From: an uncultured Candidatus Binatia bacterium
GTDB lineage: Bacteria > Desulfobacterota > Binatia > UBA9968 > JAJDTQ01
DNA: 64,000 bases
NCBI GenBank assembly: GCA_965213675.1
Contig: OZ243916.1
Location: 1,088,001-1,152,000 of the forward strand
Reading direction: 5' to 3'
Shown: in pieces, positions 46,268 to 55,977 of the stretch
How the letters are laid out: every line of letters starts with the position of its first letter
Position numbering within the stretch: the stretch's first letter is position 1
The notes under the pieces: model-generated
Databases searched by the model: none
The model's input: only the letters and a program-made list of their open reading frames with translations
Told to the model about the DNA's origin: nothing
Made by a program: the position numbers and the translations under genes

Positions 46268-49200
46268 GTGGGCAGTCTGCGCCGGGCCACTGCCGGACTT
46301 GTCCTCGGTCTGCCGCTGTTGCTCGGTCTCGCCGTCCCCACCACCGCGCAGACCACCATTCAGGAGGTACCCCCCGACTGGGCGCTCAAGCCCGCAGGGA
46401 TCGGGGAAGGCGGCACATTCCGGCTGCTGTTCGCGACCTTCTCCACGCGCAATGCAGAATCGAGCAACATCGCCCACTACAACAGCTTCGTGCAGTCGGC
46501 GGCCGGGAGCGGGCACACGGCCATCCGCCCCTACCGCGCGCAGTTCAAGGCGGTTGCCTCGACCGCCTCGGTCCATGCCCGCGACAATACCGCGACCACC
46601 GGAACCGGCGTGCCGATCTACTGGCTGGGCGGCGCGAAGGTCGCCGACGACTACGCGGACTTTTATGACGGTAGTTGGGAAAGCAGCGGAACCAGGAATG
46701 TCTGGGATGAGGATGGCACTGCGCGTCTCGGCACTGCCTGGACCATATGGACCGGCAGCAACGATAACGGCACCAAGCATGTATTTCCTCTTGGCGGGAA
46801 TGTACTTGTCCGTGTAGGATCTCGGAGGCCGGGCGGGAACCCTATCAGCGACGCCGCTTCCCTCCCTTCTCTCAAAAACCACTTCTACGCCCTCTCCCCC
46901 GTCTTCAAGGTGGGCCCCACCCCGTTCATTTCGCTCTCGCTGACCAGCGGGGACGGGCGCTGCACGTACGAGAATGCCGACTTGACATTCTCGACGGTCA
47001 CGGGCCCCCAGTACGACTGCGTGCGCGCGACGAGTGTGGACGAGACGGATTCAGCCCCGGTGAACGTCGAGTTCTACGTCCGCACCAGCCAGACTTCTTC
47101 ATCGGCCCTGCCCTTCCGGGTGTGCTTCTCCGGTTCCGCCACACGGCGCACGGGCGGTAACGCCGAGCCCGACGACTACCAGGTGCAGGAACGGGTCGGC
47201 AGCGCCTGGGTGACGCGCAACAACACGTGCGTCGACTCGGACATCGCCGCCAACCAACACCACAGGAGGCTCCGGATCCAGGTCCTCGGCGACAACCACT
47301 ACGAAGAGATCCCGATGTGGATCAACGGTCAGGAGCGGTTGGTGAAATCGGGCACGGAGCGGGTGGGGATCAAGCTCACCGAGATTCCGGGCAAGCAGCT
47401 CCCTTCGCCCTACGAGATCAACAGCGGGCGCACGAGCCTCGGCGTGACGATCAATGACGACGACTACCGCCAGCAGCCGCTTGCCTTCGGCACCTGGGCC
47501 GGAAAGCCAGGCGTGAGAGAAGGGAGACCTTCGCCTGAGCGGGACAATGTCGGGATTGCGTTCTCGGCGCAGGCCGGCTGGACAACCACGGTGACCTACC
47601 AGGTCGTACGAGGGCATGAGGACGGAGGAAGCACCGCGATCTACGGCACCGACTACCGCTTGCGCGGTGACTACAACCAGAACACCAACCGGGGCACGAT
47701 GACGCAGGCAAAGGGGAGTACGCTTTCGTCGCTCCCGATCACGGTCCTCAACGACACGCTGATCGAGGGCACCGAGACCGTGGTCCTGGAGATGGTGGAC
47801 ACGGGCACCTACGAGGTGGGCTCGCCGAGCCGGACCACGATATACATCAGGGACGACGAAGCGACGCCCCTGCTCAAGGTGGACGAGCACGGGAAGGTCC
47901 TGAGGGACGGGGTCGACAGCGGGCACAGGATCAAGATCGCTCTGACCCCTGCGCATTCCTCGATCCCCGACCGGACGCTGCCGGTGGATGCGCATTTCGA
48001 GTACTGTGTGACGGGCTCGGCCACGTTCGGCGATGACTACACGCTGGCGCGCCCGGACGGCACGAAGGTCACGACGACGGGCTGCCACCTCGCGACGCTG
48101 CCGAAGGGGGAACTCAGCACCTATCTCGACCTCAAGCTGTTCGACGACGGCAGCAGCGACGAGCCGGACGAGTCGGTGAAGATCCGGTTGCAGAGGAGCA
48201 CCGTGTCGGGCAAGGAGACCACGGACCTGCTGGAAATTCCGGACTCGACCCGCACTGCCCGCGAGACCATCAGCACGGTCATCACCATCAAGGACGACCT
48301 GCCCGTTCTGAAGGTGTCGGGGTATGATGGCACGTCGAAGCGCGACCGCCGGTTCCGCGCGATATACACCATCCGCTCGGTCAATGGCCCCCTGCCCGCC
48401 GACCTCTACGTCAAGTGGCAGGTCGAGGACACCGGCAATGTGGTCAACGACAACCGCAAGCAGAGTCTGGGCAAGTCGGGCTACAAGTCGCTCGTCAGGG
48501 GCTTCTCTGAGTTCAGGGTAACCATCGGGCTCCGGCACGACGCCGGGCCGGGCAGCGCGACCTTCAAGCTGACGCCCACCGGCCGTCCGTTCCGGGTGGA
48601 TCCAGGCAGCTACTGCGTGCGGATCAATGGCGGGCTATGCCCCCTGGGCAACCGCGCGCCCGCGATCCAGGTGCCCGACACGGCGGTCTCCAACCTGCAG
48701 GTGACGGCGGTGGACGCTGCCAGCGCCAGTGTCTCCTGGGACGCGGTGGCGCATGCCACCTCCTACGAGGTGTCCTGGGACGGCAGCGGTTCGCAGACCG
48801 CCGTCTTCGGTGTCGAGAGCGTAACGGACACCACGGCCACCATCCGGCATGAGGCGCAGGAAGCCATGACGCTGACGGTCACAGTGACGCCGGAATATCT
48901 CGACGGCAACGACGTGACGCAGACACTCGCCGCGCTGGCAGCCACGGCGACCCTCGCCGTGGGGCAGGGCTCGTCCGAGCAGCCTGAGCAGGCCGAGGCG
49001 CAGACACCGGCCTGCGTCTCCGACGCCCTGCTTGCCGATGTCCAGGAGTATGCGGGCGAGACCTGGCGGACTTCGCCGGGCCATGTCGAGCGCTGGAGCC
49101 GGGTGCTTGCCGCCTTCGGGGTGAGCAACGCCTACAGCAACAACCCGATGACCGTCGCCGAGGCGCGGGCGCAGGCGGATCGAGGCCTTCCGCGCTGGGA

Positions 49201-51895
49201 GCCGGTGGCGCCAGCGCTGGAATGCCTGGCGGCGGCGCCGGCGGAACAGCCGGAACAGCCGGAACAGGCTGAGGCCCAACCGGCGACGCCTGCCACACCT
49301 GCCGCACCCGAACTCAGCCTCTCGGCGGGGTCCGCCGTGGACGAGGGCGGCAATGCCACCTTCACCATCACCGCCGACCCGGCGCCTTCTGCCGACCTCA
49401 CGGTCACCTGGACCGTCGCCCAGAGCGGCGATTACCTGGACGCCCCCGGTGCCGGCAGCCGGACGGTGACGCTGACAGCAGGGGCTGCCAGCACCGACCT
49501 CTCGGTGGCGACGGTGGACGATGCGGCGGACGAGGCCGATGGCTCGGTGAGCGTCACCCTGGGTTCGGGCGCCGGATACACGGTGGCCACAGGAAAGGGC
49601 AACGCCACGGTGGCGGTGCGCGACAATGACCCGGCGCCGACCCCGGCGGCCGTGCCCGAACTCAGCCTTTCGGCCGGTTCCGCGGTGGACGAGGGCGGGA
49701 GCGCGCGTTTCACCATCGAGGCCGACCCGGCCCCCGCCGCCGACCTGACGGTGGCCGTCACCGTGGCCCAGAGCGGCGACTGGCTCAGCGCGCCCGGCGC
49801 GGGCAACCGCACCGTGACCCTGACGGCTGGCTCCAGCAGCGTCACCTTCTCCCTCGCCACGGTGGACGATGCCGTGGACGAGCCTGACGGTTCGGTGAGC
49901 GCCACCCTGGCGGCCGGCACGGGATACACCGTGGCGGCAGCGCCGGACAATGCGGCCACCGTGGCCCTGTCCGACAACGACGCGGCGGCGGACGCTTCCC
50001 TCGCTTTCTCCATCTCCGACGCCACGGTCAATGAGAACAGCGACTGGCGAATGTTCTTCACCGTCCGGCTCAACCGGCCTGCCAGACGCTGGGTTTCAGT
50101 GACCTTCTTCACGCGCGAATCCAATCCTGTCTCCGCCCAGGACCGCAAGGACTTCTTCGGGCGGCCCCGGGGGATCGGCATGGCCTTTGCCCCAGGCGAG
50201 ACCGAGAAGCGGATGTGGGTCTACATCTACAACGACAACCACGACGAGGACCCCGAGACCTTCGAGGCGGTGCTGTCGAATCCCACCGGCGGGGCGGTGA
50301 TCAGCGACGCCGTGGGGGTGGGCACCATCACCAACGCCGACCCCATGCCCAAGGCTTGGCTCGGCCGTTTCGGCAGAACCGTGGCCCAGCAGGCCCTGGA
50401 CGGCATCGCCGGGCGCCTGGAAGCCCCGCGCGCGGCCGGCGCCCAGGTGACCCTTGCCGGACAGACCCTGAAACCTGAATCACTTTCCGGGTCAGGCCCT
50501 GCATCGCCATCCGGGGCAAGCCCCGGCACGGCCGGGAGTCCAGGGGCTGTCCATGGTCCTGGAAGTCCGGGCTTCGGAGCCCATGCCTTGGCAGGCCATC
50601 ACGTCCACCGCCTTGGCGGGACCCGCGCCGAGGGCGCTTCGTGGCGCGCCCTGACCGTGCGCGAGCTGATGCTTGGCAGTCACTTTGCCGCCACCGGCGG
50701 CCAGGACGCCCACGGCGGCAGCATGGCCTTCTGGGGCAACGCCGGACAAGGCAGCTTCGAAGGACGCGAGGGCGCCTTCTCCCTGGACGGCGACGCCACC
50801 ACCGGAATGCTGGGGGCCGACTATGCCCGGAACCGCTGGATGGTCGGGGTGGCCCTCACCCACGGCCAGGGTGACGGGGACTACGCCGACCGGATGACCG
50901 GCCCGCAGGACTGCACAGGGGACGCAGTGGTGCTGTGTGAGAACGCCGTGCGGGCGGGTGACGGCAAGGTGGAGGCGACCCTCACCGGGGCCATGCCCTA
51001 CGGCGCCTTTCAGGCCTCGGAGCGGCTCAAGCTCTGGGGCGCGGCCGGCTACGGCGCGGGGGACGTGACCCTCAAACCCCAGGTCGGCGGCGAGTACAAG
51101 GCCGACCTGTCCTGGGGCATGGCCGCGCTGGGGTTTCGCGGCGACCTGATGCCTTTGGCGCGGCAGGGCTCGGGCATGGCGCTGGCCCTGGTGTCGGACT
51201 TCCTGTGGACGCGGACCTCGTCGGACAAAACCACGCAACTCGCGGCTTCGGACTCCGACGTGACCCGGCTCCGGCTGGGGCTGGAGGGAAGCTGGCGGAT
51301 GGACATGGACGGCGGCGCCCACGTCACCCCCACCCTGGAGCTGGGCGCGCGGCATGACGGCGGCGATGCCGACACCGGCGCCGGCGTGGAGCTCGGCGGC
51401 GGCCTCGCCTGGAACAGTCCCGCTCTGGGCCTGAACCTCGATGTCTCCGGCCGCACCCTCCTGGCACACGGCGCCGACCACCTCAAGGACCACGGCTTTG
51501 CCGCCGCCTTGACCTACGCCCCGAATCTGGCCACCCGCCTGGGCCCGTCGCTCACCCTCCGCCAGGAACTCGGCGGTCAGGCCCAGGGCGGCGTGGACGC
51601 CCTGTTCACCCCCGACCCCCTGGAGAACCGCGCCGGGAGTCACACAGCCGCAGCGAACTGGAACGCCGAAGCCGCCTACGGCTTTCCCATCCTTGACGGC
51701 CGCTTCACCGGAACCCCCCACCTCGGGTTCGGCCTCGCCACCGGAGCACGCGACTACCGTCTGGGCTGGCGCCTCAACCCGGCCGCGGAAACCGGCGCGC
51801 CCGATGTCTCCTTCGGCATCAATGCCACGCGCAGCGAGAGCCATTCCGCGCAGCCGGAACATACCCTCGGTCTCGAAGCCACCGCCCGCTGGTGA
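46268..51895 (+). CDS. Large autotransporter adhesin (lectin-like, Calx-beta, FN3-like, C-terminal beta-barrel)
   Basis: Signal peptide, repeated VDEG..ATVDD..DE.DGSV units, AWLGRFGRTVA linker, terminal LEATARW. Confidence 0.9.
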   Translation: MGSLRRATAGLVLGLPLLLGLAVPTTAQTTIQEVPPDWALKPAGIGEGGTFRLLFATFSTRNAESSNIAHYNSFVQSAAGSGHTAIRPYRAQFKAVASTASVHARDNTATTGTGVPIYWLGGAKVADDYADFYDGSWESSGTRNVWDEDGTARLGTAWTIWTGSNDNGTKHVFPLGGNVLVRVGSRRPGGNPISDAASLPSLKNHFYALSPVFKVGPTPFISLSLTSGDGRCTYENADLTFSTVTGPQYDCVRATSVDETDSAPVNVEFYVRTSQTSSSALPFRVCFSGSATRRTGGNAEPDDYQVQERVGSAWVTRNNTCVDSDIAANQHHRRLRIQVLGDNHYEEIPMWINGQERLVKSGTERVGIKLTEIPGKQLPSPYEINSGRTSLGVTINDDDYRQQPLAFGTWAGKPGVREGRPSPERDNVGIAFSAQAGWTTTVTYQVVRGHEDGGSTAIYGTDYRLRGDYNQNTNRGTMTQAKGSTLSSLPITVLNDTLIEGTETVVLEMVDTGTYEVGSPSRTTIYIRDDEATPLLKVDEHGKVLRDGVDSGHRIKIALTPAHSSIPDRTLPVDAHFEYCVTGSATFGDDYTLARPDGTKVTTTGCHLATLPKGELSTYLDLKLFDDGSSDEPDESVKIRLQRSTVSGKETTDLLEIPDSTRTARETISTVITIKDDLPVLKVSGYDGTSKRDRRFRAIYTIRSVNGPLPADLYVKWQVEDTGNVVNDNRKQSLGKSGYKSLVRGFSEFRVTIGLRHDAGPGSATFKLTPTGRPFRVDPGSYCVRINGGLCPLGNRAPAIQVPDTAVSNLQVTAVDAASASVSWDAVAHATSYEVSWDGSGSQTAVFGVESVTDTTATIRHEAQEAMTLTVTVTPEYLDGNDVTQTLAALAATATLAVGQGSSEQPEQAEAQTPACVSDALLADVQEYAGETWRTSPGHVERWSRVLAAFGVSNAYSNNPMTVAEARAQADRGLPRWEPVAPALECLAAAPAEQPEQPEQAEAQPATPATPAAPELSLSAGSAVDEGGNATFTITADPAPSADLTVTWTVAQSGDYLDAPGAGSRTVTLTAGAASTDLSVATVDDAADEADGSVSVTLGSGAGYTVATGKGNATVAVRDNDPAPTPAAVPELSLSAGSAVDEGGSARFTIEADPAPAADLTVAVTVAQSGDWLSAPGAGNRTVTLTAGSSSVTFSLATVDDAVDEPDGSVSATLAAGTGYTVAAAPDNAATVALSDNDAAADASLAFSISDATVNENSDWRMFFTVRLNRPARRWVSVTFFTRESNPVSAQDRKDFFGRPRGIGMAFAPGETEKRMWVYIYNDNHDEDPETFEAVLSNPTGGAVISDAVGVGTITNADPMPKAWLGRFGRTVAQQALDGIAGRLEAPRAAGAQVTLAGQTLKPESLSGSGPASPSGASPGTAGSPGAVHGPGSPGFGAHALAGHHVHRLGGTRAEGASWRALTVRELMLGSHFAATGGQDAHGGSMAFWGNAGQGSFEGREGAFSLDGDATTGMLGADYARNRWMVGVALTHGQGDGDYADRMTGPQDCTGDAVVLCENAVRAGDGKVEATLTGAMPYGAFQASERLKLWGAAGYGAGDVTLKPQVGGEYKADLSWGMAALGFRGDLMPLARQGSGMALALVSDFLWTRTSSDKTTQLAASDSDVTRLRLGLEGSWRMDMDGGAHVTPTLELGARHDGGDADTGAGVELGGGLAWNSPALGLNLDVSGRTLLAHGADHLKDHGFAAALTYAPNLATRLGPSLTLRQELGGQAQGGVDALFTPDPLENRAGSHTAAANWNAEAAYGFPILDGRFTGTPHLGFGLATGARDYRLGWRLNPAAETGAPDVSFGINATRSESHSAQPEHTLGLEATARW

Positions 51896-51907
51896 ACGCG
51901 CATGACA

Positions 51908-51951
51908 GCGCCACGCGCCCACGATGTGACAGCATCGCTGGCGCGTGGCGC
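51908..51951 (+). terminator. GC-rich hairpin after the autotransporter
   Basis: GCGCCACGCGCC..GGCGCGTGGCGC; no U-tract. Confidence 0.35.
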
Positions 51952-51985
51952 TCGGTTGCAAGCCTGAAACGGTTCTCCACTCCTC

Positions 51986-52051
51986 GGAGCCTGCGCCACA
52001 GGACTTAACGGCTGCAAATTCGCTTTCGCGAATTCCTGCGGCGCAGGCTCC
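51986..52051. repeat. Family B hairpin (GGAGCCTG ends)
   Basis: GGAGCCTGCGCCACAGGA / TCCTGCGGCGCAGGCTCC. Confidence 0.7.
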
Positions 52052-52217
52052 TCGCCCCCCCAAATAGCTGGATAAATTTGGCCGGAAAAAATTTCACCCG
52101 GCTCCCCTGCCGTTATTGACACCGCGGCATCCGCGGTTCAGCATCAAACCATAAGCCAGGATGTGGGACTGAGTGGACGCGGCGGGGCTGCGAGCTTTCA
52201 AGAAGGGGGGAGCTTTC

Positions 52218-53147
52218 GTGGAACGCAGGGTTCATTCGCATACCCATTGTTGCCAGGAACACCACCTGCACGGGCCGCCGGGGTGGTTTCGCGATCCTTT
52301 CGGACAGGGAACCGTCCGGCTCACTCTGGTTTGCATCGCCGCCTACGTGACCCTCCTCATCGTGGTGGAACTGGCCTTGCGGGACGATCTTCCGTGGAGC
52401 CAGCACATCACCTACTTCGCCGCCTGCGCCGTCCTGTGCGTGCCCATCTGCTTCTCCCACGGGGTTCTGACCGCGAGCCTGGCGGGCCTTCGACCGCTGA
52501 AACGGACAAGCGCGTGGTTGGCGGCGGGCACCCTTTGGTGCGGGCTCCCGGCCACGGCCGTGATGTACGGCGTGGACCGGTGGTTTCGCCCGGAGCTTTC
52601 CGGATACCGGCTTCGGGACCTGGGGCCCGTTGTCGTCGTGGCCATGCTGCTGAGCGGCTCGTTGACGCATTTCACCAGCGTTCGGCGCATGAAGCACACG
52701 GCGGAGCGCGAGCCCGATGCGATGCACGGACGCCCGGAAACCGCCGGCCAGTCCGCCGACCCGCGGCCCCCGGCGCAGGATGCCCCGGTTCCGGACGCCG
52801 GGCGACACTTCCTGGACCGTCTTCCCGCCGATGTGGGTGAAGACCTGATCTACCTGAGAATGAAGGATCACTACGTGAAGGCCGTCACCACGGCCGGGCA
52901 ATGCGGCATTCTGATGCGCTTCGGCGACGCGGTCAGCGAACTCGAAACCCTCGGCATCCGGGTTCATCGGTCCTACTGGGTCCACTATGATCACGTGGAC
53001 GGGCTCGTGCAGCGCGGACAGCGCCGGTTCCTGAGATTGACCGATGATCGGGAGATCCCCGTCAGCCGCAGCTACCAGGCGGCCACCGAAGAGGCTTTGG
53101 CGCGTCGTGTCGCGGAGGGGTCCAACACGGAAGGTTCCAACGGTTAG
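52218..53147 (+). CDS. Membrane-anchored LytTR DNA-binding protein
   Basis: About 4 TM segments plus DHYV, RVHRSYWV, IPVSRSY. Confidence 0.88.
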   Translation: MERRVHSHTHCCQEHHLHGPPGWFRDPFGQGTVRLTLVCIAAYVTLLIVVELALRDDLPWSQHITYFAACAVLCVPICFSHGVLTASLAGLRPLKRTSAWLAAGTLWCGLPATAVMYGVDRWFRPELSGYRLRDLGPVVVVAMLLSGSLTHFTSVRRMKHTAEREPDAMHGRPETAGQSADPRPPAQDAPVPDAGRHFLDRLPADVGEDLIYLRMKDHYVKAVTTAGQCGILMRFGDAVSELETLGIRVHRSYWVHYDHVDGLVQRGQRRFLRLTDDREIPVSRSYQAATEEALARRVAEGSNTEGSNG

Positions 53148-53229
53148 GACATCCCCAGGGACGCGAACGCGCCGGGTACACTTTGGACAACGCTACGGCG
53201 CGGGACTAGCGGCCAGCGGAAGCCTTCCG

Positions 53230-53790
53230 TCAAGTCACCCGCACCCGAACTTCTTCCGCAGGCAGCAACGCATGGCACCGGCCCGCCTCCAACCCGCAGG
53301 CCAGGCCCGTCACGGACAACAACAGGTCCGCGGCCGCGCGCTCCTCGCCCGCGCGGTCCCGCTCGTTCTTCTTGAGAACGACGGAGTGGACCGCCACCCC
53401 CTCGCCGGAACACACCGCCGCATGCGCCCGATGACGTCCCTTGCGCGGGCGGTCCGTCACGAGGGCCGCCGTGCAGGCGATGCCGAGGACCGGCACGTCG
53501 CCGGACGGCCGCAGCGCCAGCGCGCGCTCGTAAGCCTTCCACGCCATGGCCGCGGCGGTCTCCGCCGACACCGTCTGCTCCGGCTCGCGGCCCAGGAACG
53601 CGCTCATGGAACCGGCGCTGTAGGGTACCAGGGCTTCCAGCACGGTACGCGACGCTCCCGGCACGGCGAAGAGATCCGCCAATGCCTGAGCCCCGCCGCC
53701 GGCCACCACGAACACGGCCGCGCAGGGGCTCCGGTGAATCTCCTCAATGAAATCAATACGGGTGGACACAGTCATACGGTTTCCGATCAT
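53230..53790 (-). CDS. CinA C-terminal-like domain protein
   Basis: GGGAQAL..VPGAS, VPYS, VSAETAAAMA; start uncertain (53790/53775). Confidence 0.7.
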   Translation of the reverse strand: MIGNRMTVSTRIDFIEEIHRSPCAAVFVVAGGGAQALADLFAVPGASRTVLEALVPYSAGSMSAFLGREPEQTVSAETAAAMAWKAYERALALRPSGDVPVLGIACTAALVTDRPRKGRHRAHAAVCSGEGVAVHSVVLKKNERDRAGEERAAADLLLSVTGLACGLEAGRCHALLPAEEVRVRVT

Positions 53791-53809
53791 GCCGATTCCG
53801 GCGGCTTCC

Positions 53810-54976
53810 TCACACGATCCCGCGCGTACGCAGATCCCGGATGGCGTCCGTGTCGTAACCCAGCCCCTGCAACACCGCGTCGGTGTCCTCCCCCACCAGG
53901 GGCGCCGGACGCGCAAAGCGCGGCGGCGTATCCGACAGGTTCACGCTGCTGCCGATGAGCCGGGTGGCGCCGCGTTCGGGGTGGTGAATTTCCCGCGGCA
54001 AGCCCAGGTGCCGGACCTGCGGATCGTCGAAGACCTCCTCGGCCGCGTAAATAGGCGCGTGGCTCAGGTCCTCGCCCTCCAGGCGCTCCAGCCAGGCGGC
54101 GCGCGGGGCGCTGCCGAAGACCTCCCGCAGGATGGCCGCCAACTCGTCGTGATGGGCGGCGCGGTCCTCGTACGTGGCGAAACGCCCATCGTCGAGCAGA
54201 TCGGGCCGCCGGATCACACGGATCAGGGCCTCCCAGGACGGCCGATGTGTCGCCAGGTGCACAAGCAGCGGAAGCCCATCGCCGGCGGTCAGGCAGAACA
54301 GCCGTCCCCGCTGGAAGTTCTTCGGCGTGACGGCCGCGCCGCCGTTCAGGAACTCGGCGAAGTGCGACTCGACGAAACCCATGCTCGCCTGCAGCAGCGA
54401 CACGTCCACGAACTGGCCCGCGCCCGTTCGCTCACGCGCCGCCAGCGCCGCCAGGATCCCGTAGGCGGCGAACACTCCGGTGGCATGCGCCGATATCGAC
54501 AGGCCGCCCATTCGTGGATCGCCCGGGTCCGTAAGCAGGCTCAGCATGCCGCTCACGGCCTGGCCGATGGACTCGAAACCGGGACGATTCTCGTAGGGGC
54601 CGCTCTGGCCGAAAGCGGTGACGGAGCAGTGGATGAGGCCCGGGTTGCGCTGCCGCAACGCTTCGTAGTCCAGGCCCAGCGACTTGCGCGTGGTCGGCCG
54701 GAAACTCTCGATGAGGATGTCCGCCGATTCCAGCATCCGGGCCAGGATGTCCCGCGCCTCGGCCTCGCGCAGGTTGAGGGTGACGCTCTTCTTGTTCCGG
54801 TTGAGCACACGGAAGACCGGCCCGTAGCCTTCCCTTCCACGGGCGGGATCACCCTTGCCCGGCAGCTCCACCTTGAGAACCTCGCACCCCAGGTCGCCCA
54901 GAAGGCTCCCCGCGTAGGGTCCGGCCACGTGTCCGCTGGCGTCGACGGCCACCGTGCCGTCCAAGGCTCCCGTCAT
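53810..54976 (-). CDS. CaiB/BaiF class III CoA-transferase
   Basis: VAGPY, KVE..GDPAR, NRNKKS, ESFRP, FGQSGPY, APLVGEDT. Confidence 0.93.
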   Translation of the reverse strand: MTGALDGTVAVDASGHVAGPYAGSLLGDLGCEVLKVELPGKGDPARGREGYGPVFRVLNRNKKSVTLNLREAEARDILARMLESADILIESFRPTTRKSLGLDYEALRQRNPGLIHCSVTAFGQSGPYENRPGFESIGQAVSGMLSLLTDPGDPRMGGLSISAHATGVFAAYGILAALAARERTGAGQFVDVSLLQASMGFVESHFAEFLNGGAAVTPKNFQRGRLFCLTAGDGLPLLVHLATHRPSWEALIRVIRRPDLLDDGRFATYEDRAAHHDELAAILREVFGSAPRAAWLERLEGEDLSHAPIYAAEEVFDDPQVRHLGLPREIHHPERGATRLIGSSVNLSDTPPRFARPAPLVGEDTDAVLQGLGYDTDAIRDLRTRGIV

Positions 54977-55000
54977 CTGGTGTCTCCCATGGCAGGCTCG

Positions 55001-55216
55001 TCAGAAAGGTCTGTTGAAGAACGGCCGCCCCTCCCGCACCCGGAAAATGCCCACGAAGCCCAGCAGGCCTCCAAGGAAAGCGCCCAGGAAGATCACCGTG
55101 GCGATGAAATCGGTGGTGGACCCCGGCGCCAGCACCAGGTAGACGACTTGCCGGGCCACCAGTCCGACCACCAGCGCCACCACCATGCCGATGGCGGTGA
55201 GGGTCCTGTACTTCAT
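55001..55216 (-). CDS. Small two-TM hypothetical protein
   Basis: 71-aa hydrophobic ORF with GC-rich third positions and GGAGG upstream. Confidence 0.6.
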   Translation of the reverse strand: MKYRTLTAIGMVVALVVGLVARQVVYLVLAPGSTTDFIATVIFLGAFLGGLLGFVGIFRVREGRPFFNRPF

Positions 55217-55263
55217 CGACTCGGGTCCTCCGGGAGCTAGCGCCAAAGCCGCCCAAGGCAGCA

Positions 55264-55292
55264 TTGACAGCGGTGGCAGGATTGCATACTGT
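55264..55292 (+). promoter_or_regulatory. Sigma70-like promoter
   Basis: TTGACA-N17-TACTGT. Confidence 0.4.
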
Positions 55293-55351
55293 CCTTGGCG
55301 TTTCAAGAATTCCCGCCCGGCCGAAGCCAGCGCCACGGAGGACTGACCCCT

Positions 55352-55975
55352 ATGGACAACGATCAACCCAACGCGCTGGAGCGGTTCATCGAGAAGACCC
55401 GCGCGCTGTTCGCCGCGGAACCCGACCTGGACAAGCGCTGGACCGCGTTGACCCCGATCCTGGCGGAGCTGCTCGCCGATCCCGAGGTGGTGGAGGCATC
55501 CGGTTCATGGCCCGACTGTGCGCCGCGGGACGGACGCGCCGAGAACCTGCTGTTCTACGAGGATCCGGACTACGGGTTCGCCATCAACGGCCTGACCAAG
55601 GGAGACGCGCGGCAGGGCAGGCGCGCCCGCATTCATGACCACGCGCACATCTACACGCTCTACGGCGTGCTGGCCGGCCACGAACGCGTCGAACGCTACG
55701 AACGGCTGGACGACCGATCCAGGCCCGGTTACGCCGAGATCCGGCTGGCCAGCGACAAGCACGTGGGACCGGGCGAGATCGACCTGGTGCGGCCTTACGA
55801 GGTGCACACCGAGAACACCGTGGGCGAGCGGACCGTGGCCGTCATCGTCCGCAGCCAGAAGGGCGGCAGCTTCAACCAGGGCCGTTACAAGCCCGAGACC
55901 CACGAATACTACGAGAGCCTGGGACCGCGTCAGACGCCGGTGGAGATGCTGCCCCGTCAGGAGCCTGCCGGGTAG
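55352..55975 (+). CDS. Cysteine dioxygenase-like cupin
   Basis: LLFYEDPDYGF, IHDH..YGVLAG.E, EVH; GGAGG RBS. Confidence 0.78.
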   Translation: MDNDQPNALERFIEKTRALFAAEPDLDKRWTALTPILAELLADPEVVEASGSWPDCAPRDGRAENLLFYEDPDYGFAINGLTKGDARQGRRARIHDHAHIYTLYGVLAGHERVERYERLDDRSRPGYAEIRLASDKHVGPGEIDLVRPYEVHTENTVGERTVAVIVRSQKGGSFNQGRYKPETHEYYESLGPRQTPVEMLPRQEPAG

Positions 55976-55977
55976 AC

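Noticed and set aside
49243-49269. 9-bp GAACAGCCG tandem as a phase-variation tract
   Set aside because: Unit length is a multiple of 3, so it only changes linker length
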